From Isurus oxyrinchus (lineage: Eukaryota), in contig JANJGN010000035.1 of NCBI GenBank assembly GCA_026770705.1, forward strand, positions 8,618,001-8,682,000: a stretch of DNA of 64,000 nucleotides, written 5' to 3'. Every line of letters begins with the position of its first letter. Position 1 is the stretch's first letter. Made by a program: the position numbers and the translations under genes. The notes under the pieces were generated by a model that saw nothing but the letters and a program-made list of their open reading frames with translations, made no database searches and was not told the origin of the DNA. Of this stretch, positions 11,358 through 24,990 are shown in pieces.

Positions 11358-14139
11358 GGGGGCTGTTTGGTGTGTGTGTGTGGGCGCACACACCTTTATC
11401 TGCGTGTGTGTGCATGTTTATGCATAGAGGAGAAGAAGGGGTACAGTGTAAGTAATATAGCTAAAAGTTCACATTTCAGAATTCGTTATTTTACTACTTA
11501 TTAAATTCCATTTGTTTAATAAGGAGTTATTAACCTGTCAAGTTCAAAACCTGCTGATCTTTTTCTGTTAACCTAAATTAAACAGCTAAATTGAATTGGG
11601 GAATCACGATGGCCTTGAGCAAAATTTTCACCTTTTTTCTGGTCGGGGAGCACCGGGGCTGGACATTATAGAGCATTATGCCTAATAGTCGGAACAATAG
11701 ATGTAGAGAGATCTACGGTCGCCAGAACCTTTACCAGATTCTTATGGAGACCAAATATGCTTCAGTTTCTGACGAGCAATATGAACTTATGTGTTGCCGA
11801 AAGGTCTTGCCAAGCCTAGTGTTTGCTGTATTCTGTCCAAGGCAAATGACTAGTGTGTATGGAACTTACAGATGTTTGACAAACCCAAAAAGATATAAAC
11901 ATATTTCCTGCAAAGTGTGCAGGGTTTCTTGTCCCTTACATTGTCATCGGGCTGCTTCAGCTGCAGCCTTTCTTGCCTCTTAAGATCAGAACTATAAAAT
12001 GTAATTGTTCATTGCATCGTGTCCAGTACATTAACATTGCCTCAATTCGTTACCTCAAAGATTTATACATGCAGAAAGAGAAAAAGAAAAGCCTGGACAT
12101 AATTTTGGATTTAGCGAGAAGGAAAATAAAATGTTTCGCACAAAGCAAGAAAAGGAGATGTGAAGAAGAATAATGAGAGTCATAGTAACAATTCCTGACA
12201 GTTAACAGCATTATCTCCGCTGCTTTGTCGGAAATAACATTACTGTCCTTCACCAACAAAATGTAATCTTAACTGGGCAAGCTAAACGCATTCCCACCAA
12301 AAAAAACCTAGCATTCCGCCCCTTGCCTCCCCTAATCTTACGCATGATTGGATTTGAAGGACATTATTCACACTTGGCTGAATCTCCTTCAACCTTCAAT
12401 AAGCTGGATATCATCCACTGCAAAATATCCCACTTGATTAACATCCATCTTCAAACATAGACAGTTACTTCATCCACCACAGGTGTGCCGTGGCTGTAGT
12501 GTGCGCCTCTACAAAATGTGGAAAATTTGTAAGAAATGTCAAAATGTATCGGGAAACTATTATTCATATACTGAGCACAACGTGGCTTCAATTTTCATCA
12601 AATTTCACGGTTTGTCACAAAGCGACAAAGTCTGGGTGGTTTTTAACAAGAAAGCAAACACATGAAGATAGAAAAGCCATTAAAACGTCTCATTGACAAT
12701 ATAATTACTTTGCAAAACCATCTGCAAGCGTTATCAAACAGATTATGACACTAATGCAGCTAAAATAGAAACGCAGTTCGCTCATGTGTCCTTAGTTTTT
12801 ATCGGTAAAACACAATAAGCATCAGTAATGGTTCCTCCAGTTTGTATTCTGGAGAAAAGAATATGCGGCCGAAATTGTGGATTGAAGAAAATCGGGAATA
12901 CTTAAGATGCTAGGGTTCTATGAAGACTGAGATCTCGGTAGAGTTTTAAGTCTGGAGAAGCTAACAGAATCATGGAGGGGCGAGCTTCAACAGGGACAGG
13001 TGAAACATAGGTATTCCGAAATCTAGATTTAAATCGTGATCCAACTTATTTCAGCTACCAGAGGGGCGATGGGGCGATTTGGGGCTCGTGAGACTAGTAA
13101 AAGGCATTACAGTTGGCAAAGGCTTAAATTCTGTGATTTCGATAACTGGGCAGTCCTACCTGGCGTGTGTTGGAACAGAAAAGTGAAGTTTTTTTTTTTT
13201 GGCATAGAGGTGAATGTGCAAGACTGGGTTCAGGCTAAGGAACAATCAAGAAAGTCGTTGTACTGCAAAGTAAGAGGACTCATAGACGAAGAGAAAATGT
13301 AATCAGAAGCACAAGCTGAGAACAATTCTAAAAGCAAGATTGCAAACAGACAGGTTCGCTAGCAAATGATTCCAGCATACAGGGTTGGAAAAGATTTAAA
13401 TTAAAAAAAAAATCAGAGATTGTAATTGGAACATAATTCAAATTGTTCTACTTTACTGACAGACACTTATCAGTATCATACAAGCAATTAAATAGTAAAT
13501 AGTGAGGGTTGGTGTTAAAAGAGGGAGCAGGTAAAGTCATTCCGGAGTTGGAAGAAACCTACAGCAAAGTTTGTTAGTTCACAAGATTCAGAATTTAGGC
13601 AGGTAAAGAGTGGACTCGGATCCTTCCAGATGTTTGTGGGGTATTGAACTGTAAAACGTCGATGCCACATATGCATGGAGTTAAAAAAAATATCTAGATC
13701 TTATCAGTTATTGGTGGGACACTATATTCTTCAGGCTCACGACAAGTTTTCGTACAATTTCACATTGTGTTAAATCTTCCAGATGTTTACCTGGTGGCAA
13801 ACTGTTGCAAGATCCAGAAAGGTCTGCTTGTTTCATGTTTTTATAGCATTTTCCAGGCTTGTAGATGTTGAAACAATCTCTCACATCAGTTTTATTCCAA
13901 TTTAACAGTGTCTTTTTAAGGCAAAGACTGTTTGAATAAGTTTTTCATGTGGGGCTAATGAAAGGTCTTTTAACCGCCCCTCTTATCAAATGCAGACAAC
14001 GCTGCATTCAACAGCTGTTGTTACTCCCAATAATTTCTTGCAGAAATGAAAGCGATCACCGCAAAACCAATGAAAAGAAACTCCCTGAGGACAATTGATT
14101 TAAAACAAATTCTACTCTATTAAAATAACCAAAACTATA

Positions 14140-15230
14140 ATAGACTGTTGATGTCACATACATAGGCTTCCAAATGGAATTCGATACAGTGCCATTCAAG
14201 AGCCTTGTGAAAAAAAAAATATATTGCTTGTGTAATAAAGGGACAGGAACAAAGTGGGTGCAAATTTGCCTGAGGAATATTAACAGAGGGTCATGGCCAA
14301 TTGATATCCTTCAGGCCGGTGGAAGGCTTGTAATGGTGTTCACAAGGAGCCGGCATTGGGGACCTTGCTTTTCCTGTGATGTATTAATAATCCAGACCAT
14401 GGTGTAGAGGTGAACGTCTCAAATTTTCCGAAACTTACAAAACTTAGGAGCATTGTCAACTATGGGGAGGACAGTATAGAACATGAAAAATACATAGGTT
14501 TCTTGGTGGAGTGGGCAGGTATGTGGCACATGAGTTTCTATGTAGAAAAGCGTTTGGTAATTCATTTTAGTAGGAGGAGAATAGAGAGACAATTTCAAAT
14601 ATTGGGTACGTTTTTAAGGCTGTGCAGGAGGAGAGAGACCTGGGTGTATATGTCTATTGAAGATGGCAGAACAGATCGAGAGGATGGCAGAAGTACAGCG
14701 AAATTATGCTGCAGTTAAATAGGACACTGGTTAGGCGTCAGCTGAAGAGTAGTGTCCAGTTCCTGGCGCCACATTATGGTATTAGAGAGGGTTCAGAAGA
14801 GATTTACAAGAATGATTCCAGGGATGAGAAACTTGAGTTGTACAATTCGATTAGAACATCTGGGCCTCTTCTCCTTGGAGGGGAGAAGGCTAAGAACCCC
14901 TTTTTATCGAGGTGTTAACAATCATGACAGAGCTTGCTAGATTAAACAGAGAGAAGCTGTTCTGGTTGTAAATGGACCGAGAACGAGAGACCAAAGATGT
15001 AAAGTGATTTGCACAGAAGGAATGTGATGTCAGACAAAAAAAAACGCTGCCTGTTGTTCGAGTCAGGGATGCTCTGCCTAGAACTGTGGTGGGTTAAAAT
15101 TAAATGGAGGCATTCAGGAAAACATTCGATATTTATTTTAATAGCAACAACAAGCAAGTTATGGGTGGAAAGCAGAGGATAGCATTAAGTCATAATCCCG
15201 ATTTGGAGAGCCTATGCGGACACAATAGTG
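14140..15230 (+). mobile_element. CR1 LINE, 5'-truncated RT/3' region, degenerate
   Basis: VDVTYIGFQMEFDTVPFKSL (cf. VDVIYLDFQKAFDKVPH.RL), SNFPKLTKLRSIVNYGEDS (cf. SKFADDTKLGG.V), LERVQKRFTRMIPGM, LEHLGLFSLEGRRLR. Confidence 0.9.
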
Positions 15231-15689
15231 CTTTGGTGCACTAACAATTCTAAAATTTTCTGGATTCAAACACAATTGAATAGGGAAAGGATATTTCAAA
15301 TCAAGATGTGTTCTTAAATGTTAATGCATCAAAGATATGTCTCACGTAGTTACAAGCTGTCGCATTATCTCCTGAACAAATATGTTGCCAAATGGAATCT
15401 GTGAAACTTGGAATCAGCTATGTAGTATTCCAACGCTTCCTAAATGAATCACTTGGACCCTGGAAGCGCAAATCGCAAGCAGTCGTATACCATATGATGT
15501 CCTCAGACTGGATTACCACTGAGAAGACACATATCTAAAAACCCGATCTCACGCAGGTTACAACAATCCTGATGTCGTAAAATCTTCAAGTAATCCCTAT
15601 TCAACAACTTAAAAAGGGCTGGGCATCTCTGGCAAAACTAAAACATAAACAATGCACTTCATGGTATTTCCAACTGTATGTCACACACA

Positions 15690-15900
15690 GAAAAGCAGTA
15701 ACAAAAAAATAGCTGGAAAAACTCTGAAGATCTGAAAACATCTGCACAGAGGAATACAGTTAACGTCTCAGGTCCGTATGACTCTTCAGCAGAACTGAGA
15801 AAACATAGAAATGGGGTGTTATATAAGTTGGGTGAGTGGGGTGGGACGTGTAGAGCTGGATCGTGGGCCACTGATAGGTGGAGGTAAAGAAGAAATTGTC
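15690..15900 (-). repeat. Penelope-type terminal-repeat fragment with degenerate hammerhead motif
   Basis: Reverse complement reads cagttCTGCTGAagagtcatacggacctGAGAcgttaactg...gcagatgttttcagatcttcagagtttttccagc. Confidence 0.7.
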
Positions 15901-16784
15901 AAATTGTCTGTTCTACATTCAGAGCCCTAATTCAGCAGCAGTGTCAGTTCACAAACGGCTAAACTGAAACTGCTCCAGTTGTAGAAAACCTTGCTTGTTT
16001 GCCATTGGAAAAAAACTCTGAAATTAACAGCTTTCCTCACTGCAGATAGTTTATTTTTTTAACTTTTGATTCATAGCTCTGCATCCCCAAGGCAGTCCAG
16101 TTCATTGGAATATATTCTGGAAGCCAGCAATGCTAACTGGGGGGTTGGGGGTGGGGGGGAGATCAAACAAACAAAAAACAAACATATGATAATTTCTCAG
16201 TCAGATTACTTCCCAGCCCACTTGGGCCTTACAAGGCCATCACACAAAAATTTAGTGACTGCTTACCCAAATATACTGGAGGCTTAATGTTCCACGTGCA
16301 AGGGAAACAGAACAATCTGGCTGAAGTAAGGACTTCAGTGCAACAGTTCTTAACGTTGTAAACTGATTGAGAAACATCCTGCCATAAAATGCAGCCACTA
16401 CTTCTTCCACCGCCCACACCCATCCTCAACATTTTCCAGTTAAACATGTGAATTGGAAGAGCCATAATGTCGAATCGCAACCCAACTCCCAAACGTAACA
16501 GGCATCAATTTAAACACTACGTATGTTCTGAGAGACCCAATGTTTTGGCCAGCAGAATTTCTTTAAACACTAGGTGACTCGTTTTCTGTTAATGATGCAA
16601 ATTGATCTCATTTCCTATTCTAATTTTTTTCCTGTTCACCAATGTTTTTGGCTAGCAGTTGTATGTCAGATTTGTGTTTTTATACCTATTTGTAAAAATG
16701 TGCAGTTGGAAAATATAGTCGTTTACTATAGTTCGTTTTGGTTACTTTTGCCTTGATAAATATTATTAATTCCTGGCAGTACAT

Positions 16785-18556
16785 CTGAGCTTGGGAGCAG
16801 TCTGTTATGAATTAAAGGATACATTCCCTATCATACTTCTTCTCCCCCTCTGAATTTATCAATTCCACAGATTTTTTTTTTTTGAAGCCATACACCAGAA
16901 CGTCACCGGATTGTGTTGGTAGTTTGACAGACTTCACCTTTTTAAAAGACAAAGCTGCGCTGAAACGTTCAGCTCTAATATCCATTTTCGGCCCGTTCTG
17001 AATGAATTTTAATTTTATATCCAAGTCGCTTATAAATGTAACAGCCGAACGAACAACACACTTGTCGTGCAGGACAAAGTCATTGACACCAATATGTTTC
17101 TATACAGGATAACATTGTTGGCGAGAAAGGTGCTGCCATGCTACTATGAGGATTTCACTGAAGTTCATTTTAATTATTATTTTTCAGCTAAGAGAGTTTT
17201 GTGATCATTAGTATTCAGTTCAAAAACTATTATAGTTTTTCCACTACAATTATGCACCAATAAATTGGACTTCGTGCCATCCCTTTCAGATACATTGCGC
17301 CATTTACTTTTTCTGATGTTCTCTCGTGAGTTCAGTGAAGGATATTCGTTCCTGTAGCTCTATAACGCTAGCATTGGACTTATTTAGTTATGTCTATCCA
17401 ATCCCAATGAAAATATGCCTTCCCTTTTTTGACCATCAATTTCCTTGAAACTTTAATGTCGTTTGACTGCATTATTAATAATGGCTGTTTGGCAAATGAT
17501 CAAAATGTCATTCCTTTTTCAGCCTTAATCTGTTGTTCTAATTCACTTAGAAAAAAATATACCAGGCCGAGTTTCTGACACTTTCAACACACCGTTACTC
17601 AGCATATCAATTTTGAAATCACGTTTACACAAATAAATTAATTACTTTGTTTTAAATCATACCAATATATTTGCAGGACTTCACTTTCGGCAGGATTTCT
17701 CGAAATAACTGTAGACAACAAAACTCATGGCAACCAAATCATTTGCACTAAGGTTCCCAGCTGCCCCACAAGTACATAACGAACGCCCACTTCGGCAAGA
17801 CGTTCATTAGCATAGTCAGATTTTGAATCACCCTCTTTGGAATAACTGTGTAAACAGTTTCCAACGAAATAATTGAATAGTTATTTATGAAGACATTTTT
17901 TTCTTCAGAAAGTTTAATTTGACCTGCTTTAAGCAGTGACTGGGTTGACCCTGTACATCTAATGAAAACTAACTCCTTCCTGCCTCAGCCAATATATCTG
18001 TGAGGCATAATCTGGAGAAATAAAGCAGTTAGAAATCCACGCACCCAAATATACTCCGTCAACTAACAAACAAAAGCATGTCGGCTTGGCATAGGTTTTC
18101 CTGTCCCTACTATGCAATATTTTCTGATTGGACACTTTGCAAATGCACAGAGATACATCTTTATATTTTTACTTCCATTTACATTTTATTTTTACCTGGC
18201 AGAACAAACAAGTAAGTGCAGTCTATTAGAATTATCGAATAGAATGTTCAAATGTCTAACCAGTGGAGTGCCTGCATTATTAAATTTGCCACGAGTCATA
18301 GGAAAAGCATTCAGTTTCTCCATCAGTTCACGAACTGGGGCGATTTTCAAATGTGATTCCATTCATATTCATCTGCGATGTTTGCAGCATTATAGTTTTT
18401 AAAACTTTACTTTCTTCCAAACTGGATGCTATTCCCGCAGGGATACTTTACGTTTAACTCTTCCAGCAGAATTCTTCTACAACGTTACTAAGGTCTTCTT
18501 CATACTTTATTGAACAAGAATTGATTGTTTTACTTCTTGAACTTCCTTGATTATGT
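16785..18556 (-). pseudogene. Highly degenerate NACHT exon of a second NLR gene
   Basis: Manual translation across frameshifts gives pieces collinear with the 36.5-38.2 kb NACHT exon. They are: acceptor ttgcag|, IIKEVQEVKQ, RILLEELNV (cf. RIFFDQMY), RELMEKL...AGTPL..NILFDNSN (cf. SQLMES...KIILDWSE), LFVLP, NVNGSKNI (cf. SVNGKTYL), Walker-B-like KPTCFCLLVDGV, SLLKAG (cf. SLEKAG) and LSFKKVKSVKLPTQSGDVLVYGF. Length (~1.77 kb) is close to that of the 36.5-38.2 kb exon (~1.70 kb). Confidence 0.65.
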
Positions 18557-18920
18557 CTGCAATGTTGTGATAGAAAATCATAGGCATTAAGCAGAAAATG
18601 ATCACGTAGTCGTAGTCTTCTGATCGTTAGCCCAAAAAGCGTGTGTACACAATCGAATCTTTTCCCAAGAAAATACTCAGCAGGGGGAGGGCTTGTTTTT
18701 AAATTTCTACCCAGGATGTGGGCACTCTTGGCTAAAGCGAATTTGTTGCCAATCCACAATTGATTATTGCAAAGTGCTGGCGTGCTGCCCTCTAGAACCT
18801 TCGTCTGAAGAAGGCATTCTTTTGGGCAGAAGATCTGAGCTAGTTAATCATCAGCTGGGCCCAAGCGATGTGGATATATGTAGGCTTCTATTTTTTTTTT
18901 TTCTGATGGGCAGTCAGAGC

Positions 18921-18968
18921 TAGATAGGTAGGTCGATAGATGGATAGATGGATAGATAGATATGTAGG

Positions 18969-19016
<48 letters not shown>

Positions 19017-19150
19017 CATACAGGTAGATATAAAGATATAGAGCTAGGTCGAATGAGAGAAAGAGGAATCCAGATAGCTAGAGAGTTGAGAGAGACAGAG
19101 ATCGATAGAGAGAGAGAGAGGAGGAAAGAGAGAAGGAGGGAGAAAGAGAT
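18921..19150. repeat. (GATA)n microsatellite followed by a GA-rich tract
   Basis: tagatagataga... tandem units, then gagagagag. Confidence 0.97.
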
Positions 19151-20359
19151 ATTTTGCAAGAGTAACAAAGTATGTTCAATAAAATATGAAGCTGCTTCCC
19201 TTTTAGCAATCTAACATGTCAGCTTATAATTCTTCAGTGGTGAGATTCTCCAATGAATTGCCATCGTCGCTCATTCTGATATGTCTGCTATACCATGTAC
19301 ACATTTTCCACAGTACATAAATTGAATAGTAGGCAATGATGAAAATGCGGTTAATTGGCTCGTGATTCAATTAAAATGACCTGTCACACTTCAAAGTTGG
19401 GACGCTGCACGTTTGCTGGAAAAGAATAGAGAAATATAAGCGTATCAATTCAACCATTTTGCACATGATCTGTAAAATCATGGAGGAACACTTTCTACCT
19501 CCATATTTTGTACAAACAGATTCAAATTGACAAGGAAAGCGATGATCATCTCGATTTTAGTAACTGTGATCCACCCAGGTGATCAGTTTCATCGATTGCT
19601 AACATGCATAACATAAACATTAAATATTTTTCCTCCTAGATTTAATTTGGGGCGCAACATGACCCAGACTATTATCAAACATTTTGCATTTTTAAGGTGC
19701 GCTCAATCGGCGCACTTCACAAGAAAACATTTTCAGCCTAAGACACTCGCAGTTCATTGGAAAAAAGATACATCGTGTCTCTTTCTATTTTAGTTCAAAA
19801 CAAATCATGCATGCATATTAACAATTCTGAAAAGTAACAATATTGTTTTTATTAAATTAGTGAAGCATTCTATTTACCCGTCAGGTCACCATTAGTGATA
19901 AGGCCAAAGCAGTGATAACCATGCTGCTTGGAATAGTAGATACCCATTATAATACCCTATACAGGGCATGCAGTGTCAAATGGTCAGCTGCTGGACAAGG
20001 AGATGATTCTTCATGGCTGGTTTAATGCACACCTGAATTGATGATTGTTGTGTTATGCTGTAGAGAGGAAACTATAAAAGTAATCACGTAAGAAATGCAG
20101 GGGGCGATAGGAATGTAAATGCCAATCCATTGAATGGCCAGACAGCCAAAACTACATGCTTTCTTGTTCCTCTCTTGATCCAAAAAAAAACACGCTTCAC
20201 TGGGGTTTGATTCTCACGATTGAAGAATCATTAACCAGAGGATCATGAATTGTGGCTGCTGTGAGGTTAAGGTCCCTAAATGTGTAACATTCAGAAACCA
20301 GCAAGGACATAATTGCCTTATATAAAACATATGCTGGTGCCGCGAGCTCTTCAGCTAAT

Positions 20360-22050
20360 CAAACCCCACATGGGCCCGAACAATTCCTGTCTCTGTAGGT
20401 GTATGTGGAACATTCCTTGTCCCAGCTACTCTGGCACCCTTCAACAATTCTTTCTCCGGTACATCGATGATTACTTTCATAGCGCTTCATGCTCTCATCG
20501 GGACTTGGAAAAAATTTATTAATTTTGCTTCCAATCACCACCCCTCCATCATTTTCACCTGGTCCATCTCTGACAGTTCCCTTCATTTCCTTGACCTCTC
20601 TGTCTCAATCTCTGGTGAAAGACGGTCCACCAATATCCAAAACAAGCCTAGCGACTCCCACAGCAACCTCAAATACAACTCATCATGCCCCGCTTCCTGT
20701 AAGGACTCCATTCCATTCTCTCAGTTCCTACGTTTCTGTAGCATCTGTTCTGAACATGCTACCTTCAAAAACAGTTACTCTGACGTGTCTTCCTTCTTCA
20801 TTAACCGAGGTTGTCCACCCACTGTCGTTGACAGGGCCCTCAACCGTGTCCGGCCCATATCCCGTGCATCCGCCCTCTCATGTCTTCTCCTCCCTCCCAG
20901 AAACATGATACTGTCCCCCTTGTCCTCACTTATCAACCCACTAGACTTCGCATTTAAAAGATCATCCTCCACCATTTCCGCCAACTCCAGCATGGTGCCA
21001 CCATCAAACACATCTTCCCTTCCACCCACTGGCGGCATTCGATAGGGATCGTTCCTTCCGGGACTCTCTGGTCCACTCCTCCATCACCCCCTACGACTCA
21101 AACCCCACCTATGGCACCTCCCCATGCCCAAGCAAAAGATGCAACACCTGCCCCTTCACTTCCTCTCTCCTCACCGTCCAAGGGCGCAAACATTCCTTTC
21201 AAGTGAAGGAGCATTTAACTTGCATTTCCCCCAACTTAGTCTACTTCATTGGTTGCTCCCAATGCGGTCTCCTCTACATTGGGGCAACAAAACGTAAACT
21301 GGGCGACCGCTTGGCAGAACACTGTGGTCTGTCCGCAAGAATGACCCAAACTTCCCTAACAGTTGCCATTTTAACACTCCACGCTGCTCTCTTGCCCACA
21401 TGTCTGTCCTTGGCTTGCTGCATTGTTCCAGTGAAGCCCAACGCAAACTGGAGGAACAGCACCTCTTCTTCGAACTAGGCACTTTACAGCCTTCGGAACT
21501 GAATATTGAATTCAACAACTTTAGATCTTGAACACCCTCCTCCATCCCCACCCCGTTTCTGTTTCTTTTCCCTTCCTTTTGTTTTTTGTCCATAAATTTT
21601 ATACAGATTTTTCTTTTCTTATCTATTTCCATTATTTTTAAATATTTTATGCCCTGCTAGTCATTCGAACCCACCCCCACTAGAGCTGTACCTTGACTAC
21701 CCTACCATCCATTCTTAATTATCATATTCGTTTAGATATTTTCACGACCTTCAACACCTGTGTTTTCTTTCGTTCTTTTGTCTGTGAAATATTTTGATTA
21801 TCTGCTGCTACACTGCTTGCTTGTCCCTAAGACCGCACCACCCCCACTCCCACCACTTCTCTCCCCCTGCCCCAACCATAAACCAGCTCATATTTCACCA
21901 CTTTGCTAAGATTCACTCAGTTCTGTAGAAGGTTCATGAGGACTCGAAAAGTCAACTCTTTTTTTCGCCGCCGATGCTGCCACACCTGCCTTTCCAGGTA
22001 ATTCTGTTTTTATTTTACATTTCCAGCATCTGCACTTTTTTTTATATTTT
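20360..22050 (+). mobile_element. Penelope-like retroelement (RT C-terminus, GIY-YIG endonuclease, terminal repeat), 5'-truncated and relatively young
   Basis: FFLRYIDD; KFINFASNHHPSIIFTWSISDSSLHFLDLSVSI; KDSIPFSQFLR; FPCPSKRCNTCP; LTCISPNLVYFIGCSQCGLLYIGATKRKLGDRLAEH; GTLQPSELNIEFNNFR*. The tail contains a hammerhead-like motif at ~21918-21958. Confidence 0.93.
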
Positions 22051-22689
22051 TAAAACTTAAGTATTTATTCATTCCCCTTGATGTGCAATGACCCTGCCAT
22101 CGTTGAATCTCGCATTCAAACTGAGAATACATATGTTTGCGTAATTAGGTTCTTTGGCTCAGTGATTTACCAGGCAACACCGCTGAAATTGCGCAAATGA
22201 ATTTTTAGAGCACCATCATTTACTATCAAGCTGAACATTAGCTTGGATGTTGGATTTGTGGAGGGGAACCATTCAAAGGACATTTTGCTTTTAGCTGGTC
22301 AGGCTTAAATGGGGAATTGAGCCAACTATACAAATAACCACATTATTGTGCGCCATGCAGATAATCAATTTGGCTGTTATTTTGATCATGAAAAGCAGCA
22401 GATTTTTTCCACGGAATGCAAACAATCCTCAATTGTTAGATTGTTCGGCTTTTAGCATCAAATGAATCAGAGTTCGTTCATGGTAGACTCATCATATGTA
22501 GCTGAAGGAATAAAGTACATAACACTATACATTTGTACATTTAAACCTGCTGTTGGTAAGTGTTCTTATTTCTAGATTATTGGGGGCAATATCGAGTTTG
22601 ACAGCAATTGTGCAGCCATAATTCCGCACTCTTCATACCATTGGGGTAACATAGTGATTCTTTTTCATCACACCCTAGAAATAATGTCT

Positions 22690-23500
22690 TCCTGGTAAGA
22701 AGGCAGTCATGTTCTCAATTAGATGAGTATCACTTAAATGGGTAGCGGCTGCATAATCCTGAGGTGCAGGCGGATAGACATATTCCAGAACATGAATTAC
22801 AGAAAGTTAGCATGCAGGTACTGCAAGTAATTAATAAAGGCAGTGGAATGTCATACCTTAATACGAGAGTGTTTGAACGTGAAGGTAAGGATGGTATCCG
22901 TGAGTTATAAAGGGCATTGATGAGTCCACAATTCATATAATGTGTGCATTTTGGTCTCCCTTTGTTTTTTAAAAACTGCAACCGCATTGAAATCACTGCA
23001 AATGAGGTTCAATACATTTATTCATGTGTTGAGAAGCGTGTCGTATCAGGATAAGCTAGACAGCCTGTTTTTTTCTTTCTACTGGACTTTCGAAGAGTGA
23101 GGCATAATTTGATTGAATTAAACAATAACCTGAAGGTCCTTGAAAATGTGGATGTGGAGGATATGTGCTCTTGTGGGTGAAGCCAGCATTAGAGGTCACT
23201 GTTTTGACATTTTGGGTCACGCCTTTTGGGCAGAGATGAGGAGATGTTTTGTTCCCCTCATGTGGCTGGGCAAGTTTGGAACTCCTGGCATCAGAAGATG
23301 TTTTAAAGGCGATCATTGGATATGGTTAAAGCAGATATGGATAGATTCTTGGTTGGCAAGGAGGTCAATGGATATAGGGGTTAGATGGGAATGTGCAAAT
23401 CTAAAAACAAGAATATTAGCAATGATGTCATTGACTGACTGGGCAGGTGTGAGGGGCCGAAGTGGCTTCACTTTTTCCCTTTTATTACGTTCTTAGGTTC
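22690..23500 (+). mobile_element. CR1 LINE 3' fragment
   Basis: ELYKALMSPQFI*CVHFGLP-like piece (cf. LYKALVRPHLEYCVQFWSP, with a frameshift), then attagaggtcactgttttgacatt and a CR1-type 3' end (ggccgaagtggcttcac). Confidence 0.75.
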
Positions 23501-23759
23501 TCACCTTAACATACATAACACTCCGTAAGAAAAAAAAAGTTAGTGCAGTAAAAACAACAGGTTTGGCATGAATGTGTATCAAAAAGCAAATCTAACATTC
23601 CATGCTGCATGCATAAATTTGAGAACTGAGTGCTATGGGGTTGAATAAATTTTAAAATGAGTACGAGGAAGATCCAAACAAAAGTTCTCAGTTATGGTTG
23701 AGGTTGGGAGATATTAAATGATAAAATGCCTTGGAAGAAACGACAAAGATAGTGGTAAC

Positions 23760-24990
23760 GATTTCACTGAAGTAACAACGCTTTTCTCAGAGTGAGTTTG
23801 AATAGCCGAATAATGAATAGCAGTGGCAGAAAGCAAAGGGACGAGATCCAAACCTAAACATAACAGGAAGTAACGTAATATAACGTGGAACAGATGCCTT
23901 TGTCAGAATTCGTTGAACTCAATGTTCAATCAATAAGCCTAAAAAACGCTTCTGTTCCTGGAAATAGTCTTGAAATTGAGTGGAATATAGCAGGCAGCTG
24001 AGGAGAGAATGTGGAGCGATGGTCCAAGGTGGTGAATTAAATTAGAATGCGAGCAGAAGTGCTGAATCATGATTAGGGAATGATCAGATTTCACATAATG
24101 TTCATTAAATAGGTACTTGCTCGCTCAAATGTAGAGAAGGACGTATTGGAAGCGTTCAAAAAGAGAATGGTAAATTGAAGACTGCAAGAAAATAGATGAT
24201 TCTCCTGGAAGGAGTGTTTTTGGACTTGGACTGTGAGCAGCAAGGAGCTGGTTTGACAGATGTTTCACTTGAGGCTTCAGAGGAAACTAACGTGGATTTT
24301 GTGCCTGTTTCAGGTGTTGATTGGGAAGCAGACAATGGTGAATTGAATGGAAGACCCCTTCAAACTTCCATCAAAGTAGCGGAAGATGTATGCTGTCGTG
24401 GCACCGTGCTGAAAATGTTGCAATTCATGCAGAATAATTGTTTGCATTTTTGGGCAGGTGGTTCAATACGTGAGGATGTCGGGACGGGTGGGTGACGGTG
24501 TTTGTAGGTGCAGAGCGACCGTTTTGCTTCTCCGGAAGACAGCGTGACAGGTGGTCAGAGATGGGCAGTAAATTGAATGCACAGTTGTGGCCCTTGTCAA
24601 GCAATCGGCGGAGAAACAGGAGGTTCAGAAAAAGGACCGCATTCATGTTATTTTCAGGCAGCTTGCGACATCAGAAGAGAATGTGCGTTATTGGAGAAAC
24701 CTGGCGATAATATTGGATTTTTTTCAAACTGATAGTGCGCGAGGAAATGTAGTTGATGTGCCAATCAGTGCCAGTTGACTAATAATGAATTTTAGTAGCC
24801 GGTCTCATGTAGGCAGAGAAGTGGAACATGAGAAGGGCCATGTTTTAGCTGAACAATCTGATGGTGGGAGAGAGTGTAAATTGGAAGCTAAATTTAGGCT
24901 CATTTTCTCTTCTTGGTGCGAGCAGCAATGCTCACGGATAGAGACTGAAATGAGAACGGGTTGGGGGAGAGGGTACGGGGATCGGTGGTA
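23760..24990 (-). mobile_element. Penelope-like element, degenerate
   Basis: Reverse complement resembles the 20.4-21.5 kb element, e.g. gaattcgttgaactcaatgttc matches the end of the GIY-YIG ORF. Confidence 0.65.

Noticed and set aside
11183-11455. ORFs spanning the N run
   Set aside because: Artefacts of the assembly gap.
12050-12259. Minus-strand LRR exon (SNVISDKAAEIML...KSLR|gtaa)
   Set aside because: Only a brief resemblance; no LRR periodicity or clear acceptor.
18920-19168. ORF with SIYL repeats
   Set aside because: Translation of the (GATA)n microsatellite.
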